A stretch of 47,114 bases of DNA from Octopus sinensis (Eukaryota): assembly GCF_006345805.1 (NCBI RefSeq), contig NW_021834460.1, forward strand, positions 1 through 47,114, written 5' to 3'. The position numbers and the translations under genes are program-made. Under the pieces are notes generated by a model. The model ran no database searches and was not told where the DNA came from. It saw only the letters and a program-made list of their open reading frames with translations. This document shows positions 36,578 through 47,114 of the stretch, piece by piece (position 1 is the stretch's first letter; each line of letters opens with the position of its first letter).

Positions 36578-36833
36578 AATGCACCCTTTTAAAGCCTAGC
36601 CAGGTTTATGGGCCTGGTTTCCCGGTTTCCCCATTTCTGTGGCGCATGTGTTCCCCAGCTGGACAGGACGCCAGTCCATCGCAGTGTTACTCATTTTTGC
36701 CAGCTGAGTGGACTGGAGCAACGTGAAATGAAGTGTTTTGCTCAAGAACACAACACGTCACCCGGTCCAGAAATCGAAACCACAATCTTACGATCATGAT
36801 GCTGAAACTCTAACCACTAAGCCACGCGCCTCC
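36578..36833 (-). mobile_element. SINE family D
   Basis: Reverse complement of the copy at 19457. Confidence 0.8.
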
Positions 36834-36844
36834 ACATATATATG

Positions 36845-37056
36845 TGTGTGTGTTTGTTTGTCTATGTTTGTCCCTCCAACATCGCTTGACAACCAATGTT
36901 GGTGTGTTTACGTCCCCGTAACTTAGCAGTTCAGCAAAAGAGAACGATAGAATAAGTACTAGGCTTACAAAGAATAAGTCCTATGGGTTGATTTGCTCAA
37001 CTAAGGGTGCTGCTCCAGCATGGCCACAGTCAAATGACTGAAACAAGTAAAAGAGT
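36845..37056 (+). mobile_element. SINE family A, 3' half
   Basis: Family A tail. Confidence 0.8.
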
Positions 37057-37189
37057 AAATCTTTTGTTTCCATATTTCTGCTTAAATACCCTGCCTTTGT
37101 TTTAATTTATTTTAGAAATAACGAAGTATTTAGTAAATTAGTTTTGCCATTATTAATGGAAAGTTTATGCTTATTTTTTTTCATCTTTT

Positions 37190-37810
37190 AACTTTTACTT
37201 GTTTCAGTCATTAGACTGTGGCCATACTAGAGCACTGCTTTGAGGAATTTTGTTTGAATGTATTGACCCCTAGTGATTATTTAAAAAAAACAACTTAATA
37301 CTTATTCTATCAATCTCTTTTGCCAATCACTAAGTTACAGGGACATAAACACACCAACATTTGTTGTGAAGCACTGGTGCTTGGAGCAACACACACACAC
37401 ACACACACACAGACAGACACACACACACACAAACACGGGCTTCTTTCAGTTTCTTATTTCTTTATTACGAGGACAAACAAGGACAAACAAAGGGATTAAG
37501 TTGATTACATCGACCCCGGTGCGTAACTGGTATGACCCCCGAAAGGATGAAAGGCCAAGTCAACCTCGGTGGAATTTGAACTCAGAACGTAGCAGCAGAT
37601 GAAATACCACTTAGCATTTCACCCGGCGTACTAACATTTCTGCCAGCTCGCCTTCTTTCAGTTTCTGTCTACCAAATCCACTCACAAGGCTTTGGTTGGC
37701 CTGTGGCTATACTTGAAGACACTTGCCCAAGGTGTCACGCAATGGGACTGAACCCAGAACCATGTGGTTGAGAGGCAAACTTGTAACCACTTAGCCGTCC
37801 TTGTGCCTTG
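37190..37810 (-). mobile_element. SINE family A copy interrupted by a family B insertion (~37460-37655)
   Basis: Family A tail 37190-37450 and head 37655-37810 are separated by family B sequence. Confidence 0.7.
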
Positions 37811-38273
37811 GGAGGAAGTTTGTATCAGAGAACCAAGAGAGGTCACAGCAGGGTTGGTATGGAAAAAGGTAGATTATATTAACTAAAGTGGTTAAAAGAT
37901 ATATAAAGAGTTGGCAACAACAATTCCACTGAGAATTTCATTACTGATTCCGTGATCATCTTAACAGCTGTTTTTACCATTCTGGAGCATAGGTGGACAG
38001 GTGGATAGATAGATTAGTGAGCGACTGTCCCTAGATTTTATCATTATGCTTCTGTTCTCTTCTCATCAGAGAAGTCCCAACCTCTCACTCCTTTATCTAT
38101 GTCTACTATCAACTCACTGCATTTTTGCCCTTGGTATCTAGTATATGGACAGGTGGATGGGTACACACACACCCTCACACTCATATCTGTGTATATATGC
38201 ATATATATATATATGTTTATGTATGTATGTATGTATGTATATATGTGTGTATAGATATATATGTATATGTATG

Positions 38274-38345
<72 letters not shown>

Positions 38346-38525
38346 ATATATATATATGTATAGTTATACGCATATATATATGTATGTATGTGTATATATA
38401 TACATACACACACACACTCACATCTGTGTATATATGCATATATATATGTTTATGTATGTATGTATGTGTGTGTATATATATAATACATACATGTATGTAT
38501 ATATATATGTATGGTTATATGCATA

Positions 38526-38576
<51 letters not shown>

Positions 38577-39409
38577 AAATATATATATATGTATGTATGT
38601 ATATAAATATATATACGAGGATGTTATTGCTTATAGTAATATCAGTGGTTTAGCATGATTAAGAAACCTATAACGTTGAAAAATTATCATTTAATAATTA
38701 AGGGTACTAACAAATATACATACATACATTCATACATACATACACATACATACATACATACATACATACATACATACATACATAAATACACACATACATA
38801 CATACATACATACACATACATACATACATACATACATACATACATACATACATACACACATACATACACACATACATACATACATGCTGGCTTGGCTTGG
38901 ATGGTTTGAGTATAAAGACTTGTGCTCATTCCAGTGAGCTCCAATGTCCACTTTGGCATAATGTCTACAGCTGGGTACCCTTCCTAATGCCAACCATTTT
39001 TACAACATGTACTACATGTATGTACTCCATGCATGTATATATGTATGTATAGATGTGTGTATGTATTTGTGTGCATGTGTGTAGGTGTTGTTTGTGTTTG
39101 TGAGAGAGAGAGAAATAGAGAGCATTGTTTCATTGTAAAGTCTGTCCTAGCATGTCTCCTCTAACCCATACCAGCACAGAAAAAAATGGACAAAATAATG
39201 TAAAACTGAACAAACCATAGAAATGAGACTTTAAGAAATAAAAGAAAATAATTTTTTTTAAAAAATGGTATAAAAGTGCAAGGGTGTTTTTTTTTTCTTT
39301 TATTTTCTGTTTGGTTTTTGATATAAATATAAGAATGGAGACATTTATTTTACAATGACTGTGTGTGACAATCAGAAAAGACTGTTGTAACAGAATGAGT
39401 CACCCATAG

Positions 39410-39411
39410 TG

Positions 39412-39445
<34 letters not shown>

Positions 39446-39598
39446 GTGGTGTGTGTGTGTTGTGTGTGTGTGTGTGTGTATGTGTGTGTGTGTGGTGTGT
39501 GTGTGTGTGGTGTGTGTGTGTGTGTGTGTTTATGTGTGTGTGTGTGTGTTGTGTGTTTATGTGGTGTGTGTGTGTGGTGGGTGTGTGTGTGTGTGTTG

Positions 39599-39629
<31 letters not shown>

Positions 39630-39645
39630 TGTGCATAGAAGGTCT
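39410..39645. repeat. Compound (GT)n microsatellite
   Basis: Directly visible. Confidence 0.95.
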
Positions 39646-39866
39646 TAGAGCTTTAACAGCTTTGTGAGAAACATGCCTTGTGAAAGACAAGGAGGGAGGT
39701 GGAGGAGGAGGAGCTGGGGCGGGGAGAGGTGGAGGAGGGTTAGCAAGGGCAGGAAGAGGAGGAGGAGGAGGAGAGGGAAAAGGAGAAGAAGAGGAAGGTG
39801 ACCTCTGCACAATGACATCATTGTGGTAAATGATTACATGGGTATCTCTGTCCTCCCAAAGTGATG

Positions 39867-39956
39867 TTATCATCTCGTAAGATAAGGCTTATCTTAGAAC
39901 AGCTAAGGCCACAACCAACCAACAAAAACTAGGTTTCTTATACACAACTGAGATAA
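39867..39956. promoter_or_regulatory. GATA-site cluster with a 19-bp palindrome in an ush intron
   Basis: TTATCA 39867, TAAGATAAG-G-CTTATCTTA 39878-39896, AGATAA 39951. Confidence 0.35.
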
Positions 39957-40722
39957 AACTGACAATGTCCTCCTTCACCAATACCACAACTACCACCACA
40001 ACTACCACCACAACTACCACCACTGCGACCACGACCCGCTACACAATCTGCTGGCGCCACCGCCACCACCACCACTACCACCACCACTGCCGCCATCATC
40101 GCTACTGCTATTAGCAAATATTTTATCAGAAAACAAATCTTAGATTTAGTGGTTGCTTGTAAACAATGCCCTTCTTTCTATCAAAGCTGGACCTTCTTCA
40201 GCTTCCCAGCAAATATTTTATCATTAAAAAAATCTCAAATTTTGGGGTTTGCTTTAAAGACAGTGCAATATTTATTCCCACTTATTTTAAGATTTAGCTT
40301 TTTGTTTTATGAGGATTTTTTTCCTCTCCAATGTCTTAGTCAGAGGAGGAATGGTAGTGTTCCGAATACAGTTCAGGACCTCCAAGACGGGTTGGCGGGA
40401 TCAAGGAAGACATACTGAGAGTAAGGACCTAACTTGAATGCTTAAAACAGAGAGAATGTGGCTAAAGCACCCAAATGCCAAATGGTGGTATTAAACGGGG
40501 TGATAGATTAAACCATTCCCTGAAGAGCAAAAAGAACAGTAACACAATTGGGGGAGCCCCCTGCCCTCTGTCATTATAAAGGGTGATATACTTTGGTTTA
40601 TAATCTTGTGCCACTGATACAACATAGCTGAATCGTTAAGTTTACCTCACAACCATGTTTGATCCAAAGGCTTTTTAGAAGCATGTCACTTTCTATAGCT
40701 TTGAGTTTGAAACCAAAGTGAA

Positions 40723-41065
40723 GGAGTACTATGTGGGTGGTACTAGATTACAGTACCAAAGTGTGGAGTACTATATGTGTGGTACTATATTACAGTACCA
40801 AAGTGTGGAGTACTATATGTGTGGTACTAGATTACAGTACCAAAGTGTGGAGAACTATGTGGGTGGTACTAGATTACAGTACCAAAGTGTGGAGTACTAT
40901 ATGTGTGGTACTAGATTACAGTACCAAAGTGTGGAGAACTATATGTGTGGTACCATATTACAGTACCAAAGTGTGGAGTACTATATGTGTGGTACTAGAT
41001 TACAGTACCAAAGTGTGGAGAACTATATGTGTGGTACTATATTACAGTACCAAAGTGTGGAGTAC
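40723..41065. repeat. 42-bp minisatellite, 8 full copies plus a partial
   Basis: Unit GGAGTACTATATGTGTGGTACTAGATTACAGTACCAAAGTGT; 8 x 42 = 336 bp to 41058. Confidence 0.95.
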
Positions 41066-41699
41066 CAGACATATAGAATAGTTAAGTTTATTTATGAAAT
41101 GCAAGATTTGATCCAACTGTGAAGCATTTTGAGAAAATGTCACTTTTTTATAGCATTAGGCCTGATAATAGGCAGGTAAAACCTGACCAAAGGGGCTCCT
41201 CTCTGCCTTTATAATCATTTGTCTTTTTTGGTTTGTCATCTTGTAGCTTAGGCGCAATATGGTTGAATGGTCAAGAAGTTTGAATTGAACCACAAGATGT
41301 TCGATTTGATGCAATTATGTGAAATCTTCAGAAAATGTCACTTTTTTCATAGCCTTGTGTTTGCTGTTGAGCGGATGAAAACTATACAGCATCCCACCAA
41401 ATAGGTGATAGCTCTTACAATTCAAAATGTACAGCTTTGTCGTGCTTTGTGTCTTACTGCTTCTACTCAAGAATTGCGTCAGGGGTTCATGTGTCTGTGG
41501 AAAACTCAGTCGTATACACATTCAGAAGCAGGTTGAGATCAAACAACAGAATCCTAATTGTCCAAATGATGGAGACCCACCATCACCACCACCACCACTC
41601 TTGTAACCTATCCAGTACTACAAATGGAGATGGTAATCTGCTAACTAATTTCCTAATTCTCTAATCCCTCACTGGAATATTTTTTGGTAGAATTCAGTA

Positions 41700-42340
41700 T
41701 ATTCCTTTAGAAACACAAATATAAAAAAACTTAGTAAATTATGCCTTAGCTAAGGTAAAAGAGATTGTAATCTCTGTCTTACAGAGAAACCCTTTCAATG
41801 AGGATGAGAACAAAAACTCAAACATAAGTATTCCTTTTGTAATCAGCCATAATCCTAGAAACCATAAAAACGTACAAATGGCCAATCAATGCCTTTCAAT
41901 TCAATGTCAGTCATTAAATCTCATAAAAATAATTACTAATTATTTACAGTCAAAGACAATCACCCAAACTTAAAAGACTCTCAATGAAGACTAAGTTCAT
42001 ATCTCAAGAAGAAATAATGCAAGGAACAAATAACAAGAGACCTTTGTTGTGAGACAGGAGAAATAATTGAACGGGGGACAACCCCAAAATTCAAGAATGG
42101 AAGAAATTGAAGATTAATGCAAACATGAATTGCAAAACAAAAAACTCTAATTTTACTACATCACATTCTCACAACGCAATGAGGATTATATCTACCAAAT
42201 GGGTTAGAATACATAAACAACAAATCAAAGATAGGTCACTGAAAAGTTGTAAACAGTGTAAGTGCTGATGCACAATACAGAATTTCTTCCAAAAGGTTCA
42301 TTTCATAATCATTTCCAAGAGTTCTTCTTACGTACATGTA
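41700..42340 (+). mobile_element. Decayed Penelope-like element (RT-endonuclease linker to GIY-YIG)
   Basis: Broken reading: NISIPFVISHNPRNH..YSQRQSPKLKRL..KINANMNCKTKN..YYI..RIHKQQIKD. Confidence 0.6.
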
Positions 42341-42344
42341 TTCT

Positions 42345-42705
42345 TTTACATGTTTCAGTCATTTGACTGCAGTCATACTGGAGCACTGCTTTTAGTAAAA
42401 AAAATCGAACCCAGGTCTTATTCCTTGTAAGCCTAGTAGTTATTGTATCATTTTCTTTTGCTGAACTGCTAAATTATGGGGATGTAAACACACCAACACC
42501 GGGTGTCAAGTGATGGTGGAGGAACAAACACACACACAGACACATACGCATGCGCGCGCGCACACACACATACGACAGGCTTCTTTCAGTTTCCATCAGC
42601 TAAGGCTATAGTAGAAGATACGTGTCTAAGGTGCAATGCAGTGGGACTGAACCCAGAACCATGTGGCTGGGAAGCAAGCTTTTTACCACACACCCACTCC
42701 TGCGA
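42345..42705 (-). mobile_element. SINE family A
   Basis: Reverse complement of the consensus with deletions. Confidence 0.8.
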
Positions 42706-42729
42706 CTATATATATATTTTTTTTTTTTG

Positions 42730-43062
42730 ACCCCCTTCGGTCAGACACTGACCATGGGTTTGCACCTAGAGAGTTACCCTCTGAGGCACAAGTCTGGGCA
42801 AGGTTGATTTTTTTTTTTTATGGAAGACCAGCAGTCGCCCATGCATACTGGTCTCCCCTCTCCACGTCACCGATGTTATCCAAGGGAAAGGCAAGGGCCG
42901 ATACAGCTTGGCACCTGTGACGTTGCAACTCATTTCTACAGCTGAGTGAACTGGAGCAACGTGAAATAAAGTGTCTTGCTCAAGAACACAACACGCAGCC
43001 CGGTCCGGGATTCGAGCTCACAACCTCACGATCGTAAGCTCGACGCTCTAACCACTGAGCCA

Positions 43063-43065
<3 letters not shown>
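42730..43065 (-). mobile_element. tRNA-headed SINE sharing the family D central block but with a different tail
   Basis: Minus GAGTGGCTCAGTGGTTAGAGCG head, GTGTTCTTGAGCAAGACAC..TTGCTCCAGTTCACTCAGCTG core, distinct 3' region ending at an A-run. Confidence 0.75.
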
Positions 43066-43098
<33 letters not shown>

Positions 43099-43283
43099 TC
43101 AATATAAGGGTAGCAAAAAATTCAAGAAAAATTTTTCACCACCAGCGGTCTAGTGAGAAAGGAAAATAGTCACAGACTATATATATATAATTTCAACAAT
43201 ATTAAGGAATTCCTTAAAATTGTTGAAATTATATATAATATATATATATATTAATAAATTATATATATAATAAATTATATATA

Positions 43284-43315
<32 letters not shown>

Positions 43316-44170
43316 ATAACTTAAATTCTGGAAAACCTTCAGTTATTAGACAGATAGATATACATATATACATGAATACAAACATATATACATAAATAGA
43401 TGTACATACATGTGTGTGTGTGCGTGTATTTGTGTGTTTCCATGTTTGTGTTTGTGTGTTTGTGTAGATTTACTGATGAATTTAAATACATCACGTATTT
43501 TCATGGTATAAGTCTTGCCATAGGATAATCTTCCAAATAAAACACAACTTGGGTCATAGGGTGAAGTGAAGGACTCGTTAAATATGTTTTATAAAAGCAT
43601 TTTAACATTTAAAAGTGCTGGTAATTGAAGGTTGAGTGTGAGTGTGTGGGTATGCGTGTGTGTCTGTATATATAAACCCATACATATATACATACATACA
43701 TACATACATACATAAAACACATACATACATACAAATATACATACATACATAGATACATACATAAACACATACATACATATGTGTGTGTCGTTGGAGTGGT
43801 TGGCATTAGGAAGGGCATGCAGCTGTATTAACACTGCTGGATCAAACTGGAGTCTGGTGCCGCCTCCTGGCTTCCCAGACACTCGTCAAACTGTCCAACC
43901 CATGCTAGCATGGAAAACGGACGTTAAACGATAATGATGATGATTATGATGATGATATACATACATTAGACAGCCATGCATAGACTGATCAATGAATATT
44001 TGTGTGAGAGTATTTACATACACACACACACACGTACATACACATAGGCACATATAGAGAGGAGTGAAGCAAAGCAATAAGTACACAGATAGTCAAACAT
44101 ACAGACAGACAGAGAAATAGGTAAGTAAGTAGGTAAGTAGGTAGGTGGATGGATGGATGGAGAGATAGAT

Positions 44171-44250
<80 letters not shown>

Positions 44251-44543
44251 GGTTAGGTAGACGGACAGACACAGATGTTTCATATTTGATATCTATCTCT
44301 GACTAGTCAGACCTCTAATTGTCTCAACTAAAACCTAGACTAGATTATAGGATTATGTAGGCTTTTTGATAACATTTTTTGATAGAGACATTTTACATAC
44401 ATCTGGCCTGTACTTCACTGATGTCCTAAGAGATACTAACACACACACACACACACACACATACACACACCACACACACATGCACGTACATATGTGCATG
44501 TGGATGTGTATTTAGATATATGAGTGTGTACATACTCAGTAAT

Positions 44544-44594
<51 letters not shown>

Positions 44595-44859
44595 CATGTG
44601 TATATATGTGTGTGTGTGTGCACATGTGTGAGTGGGTATATAATCATATATAACCTTCCATGTATACAAATGTGTATAGATATATTTGTAGATATGTCTA
44701 TATATGTTCATGCATGTGTGTGTGTGTGTGTGTATGTGTGAGTACATGTGCAGATATAAATATAAGTGAGAAGACACACAGACAGACACACACGGATGCC
44801 CATAAAGACGAATGAACACATGTACACACTTACATACAACCACACTTAAATACATATAC

Positions 44860-45088
44860 ACACATGTATAAACACCTATACATACTAACTTATATACATA
44901 TGCATACATACATAAATTATATATATGTATTCATATGTATATATATGTGTATATATAAATATGTATTTATACATGTATATATATGTATATATGTATGTAT
45001 ATATATACACACACACATATATCTATATATATACATATACATATATCATATAATACCACATATATCAATATATATATATATATACATA

Positions 45089-45161
<73 letters not shown>

Positions 45162-45223
45162 GTATATGTGTATGTGTATATACACACACACACACCACAC
45201 ACACATATATATAACATATATAC

Positions 45224-45299
<76 letters not shown>

Positions 45300-45300
45300 G

Positions 45301-45331
<31 letters not shown>

Positions 45332-45489
45332 CCATAATATATATATACATATACATATATACATTATATATATATCTATATATGTATATATATATATCAT
45401 ATATATATAGATATACATATACATATATGTGTGTGTGTATGTATATATATACACACACATATATATATACACACACATATATATATATG

Positions 45490-45520
<31 letters not shown>

Positions 45521-45570
45521 GTGTATATATAGATATATAGACACACACACATATGAGTATAGATAATATT

Positions 45571-45600
<30 letters not shown>
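44860..45600. repeat. Large (TA)n/(CA)n/(GA)n low-complexity tract
   Basis: Directly visible; similar tracts at 3870-4110, 26330-26768 and 38180-38610. Confidence 0.95.
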
Positions 45601-45601
<1 letters not shown>

Positions 45602-45659
45602 GGACATACACATATATACACATATACACACAGATGTATTCGTAATGCATTCATATATT

Positions 45660-45950
45660 CACGTGTAGCACACTCCTTGCAAATGTTATATTTCACAATC
45701 TCTGATAACCTTGCATGGAGACCACGCATTCTTCAAATAGTCAAGACGCCATTCCAAAGGCTAGATTTCTTTTCCAAAGTCAGGCAAACTTTCTTTCCCA
45801 AGCAGCTGCTCCTTTATGTAAAACAACAACTCTATGGAATGGCACACCAATTAAATCCGTACTACAGTGCCAGAGAGGAGGAGGGGAGCCTGTGTAGGTG
45901 GTCATATGACAGGCTAGAAATAGCAGGTAAATTCCATCAAATCAAGTCCT
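45660..45950 (+). mobile_element. Decayed CR1/L2-like LINE RT C-terminal fragment
   Basis: ISDNLAWRPRILQIVKTPFQRLDFFSKVRQTFFPKQLLLYVK resembles the I.dnLsW..HI..i...a..rLgfl.r....f...ql..lY motif. Confidence 0.6.
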
Positions 45951-46109
45951 AACTGTGTTAGAAAAGTATACACTGGTATACATGAGGTGCAGGTGTGGTG
46001 TGTGATAAAAAGCTTGTTTTTCAAGTGCATAGCTCTGGGTTCAATCTCACTACATGGCATCTTGGATAAATGTGTTTTTACTACAACTTGTCTCCATGGC
46101 TTATAAGTG

Positions 46110-46380
46110 CTGGTGTGATGTAAAAAGCACTGGAGCCGGTGCCTCATAAAAATCCCCCAGTACAATCAGTAAAGTGGTTGACATTGGGAAGGGCATCAAG
46201 CTGTGGAAACCATGCCACAACAGACAATGGAACCTGGTTGGGCTTTTGGCCTTGTCAGTTCCGGTCAAACCGTATGACCCATGACAGCATGGAAAACAGA
46301 CATCAGATGATGATGCTGATGATGATGATGATGATGATGACAACAATGACGATCATGATGATGATGATCATGATGATAAA

Positions 46381-46416
<36 letters not shown>

Positions 46417-46435
46417 AATGACGATAAGTGACTGA
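46110..46435 (+). mobile_element. Retroposon family E copy with expanded (GAT)n tail
   Basis: AAGTGGTTGACATTGGGAAGGGCATC body, then ~130 bp of (GAT)n. Confidence 0.7.
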
Positions 46436-46612
46436 GATTACATTCTGCCCGAGCAAAATGCCAGTGTGTCACAGGGTGACCAGCTCATGGCTGAGCGAAC
46501 TGGAGCCATGTGGAAACGAAGTGTTTAGCTCAGAAATACAACACTCTGCCTGGTGTGAGAATCGAAACCACAATCTTATGATCATGGGCACAACACTCTA
46601 ACCACTAGACCA
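46435..46612 (-). mobile_element. SINE family D fragment
   Basis: Reverse complement head and central block. Confidence 0.65.
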
Positions 46613-46905
46613 GGCTCTTTCACACTCCAGATGAAAGTAAATCCAATGTTTCTTGCATTAGTTTAGACAGAGATCAAATGAAAAGTAGTCAAGCACTGTC
46701 CCAGGGCAAAGTGCATCTGCAATGCCCTCAGTAGGAAATGAACCTAAAACTCCTGAATGGAAATAAAAACTGTCTAATCTTTCTTTAACATGAACGTGTG
46801 GTGTGTTTGTGTGTGGGTGGCTTTTGTGTGTGATAAGGTGTACAGCACGTTTGTGTGTGTGTGTGAGTGTGCATGTGTGTGTAAAAGTAGCTCGTGTGTG
46901 TGTGT

Positions 46906-47114
46906 GTCTAGGTGAGTATACGTAAGTATAAGATGGGTATGCTTGTGTGTGTGTGTTTGTGTGTGTTTATGTTCATGTGGTTTATGTGTGTATGCGTCTA
47001 GATGGGTATATGTATGTATAAGATGTGTATGCTTGTGTGTGTGTGTGTGTGTGTGTTTATGTGCAAGTGACTTGTGTATGTGTGTCTAGATGGGTATATG
47101 TATGTATAAGATGT
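46906..47114. repeat. ~90-bp microsatellite-derived tandem repeat
   Basis: TCTAG..TATAAGATG.GTATGCTTGTGTGTG recurs three times and runs off the window end. Confidence 0.7.

Noticed and set aside
39400-39873. Proline-rich minus-strand ORF as an ush exon
   Set aside because: Derived from a (CCT)n-like tract running into (CA)n with no convincing donor site.
40723-41065. CRISPR-like array (palindromic repeated units)
   Set aside because: Units are contiguous with no unique spacers, no cas genes, and the context is eukaryotic.
46650-46752. Strong minus-strand acceptor at 46752 followed by GVLGSFPTEGIADALCPGTVL as a candidate upstream ush exon
   Set aside because: No good donor before the stop and no recognisable PR-domain similarity; needs RNA-seq.
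138-47114. Dozens of ORFs reading YIYI, CVCV, THTH, LSIY, DDDD or HHHH
   Set aside because: Translations of stop-free microsatellites; no domain, codon or splice support.

Overview
AT-rich, microsatellite- and SINE-saturated animal genomic DNA; the repeat families and density suggest an octopus/cephalopod genome (inference). Two genes are supported. (1) The 3' part of a FOG/u-shaped (ZFPM) multi-zinc-finger gene on the minus strand: exons 36501-36244, 35532-35311 and a ~3 kb last coding exon 33777-30783 with a 1-nt frame break near 32469. It encodes 10 zinc fingers, a PLDLS CtBP motif and the end of a PR-like domain. (2) The first coding exon of a secreted CBM14 chitin-binding protein (2351-2069, minus). 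Other content: a dispersed divergent 5S rRNA-like copy, fragments of five non-LTR retroelement groups (R4/Dong-like, Tx1/L1-like, RTE, Penelope-like, CR1/L2-like), a Tc1-type MITE, several tRNA-headed SINE families and a 42-bp minisatellite. The most striking observation is a set of minimal type I hammerhead ribozyme motifs inside palindromic Penelope-like repeats. Four of them, in three unrelated repeat families, carry the non-canonical UUGANAA core (U3:A8 covariation of the conserved C3:G8 pair); one canonical-core copy is also present. SINE and LINE boundaries are approximate (read by eye).
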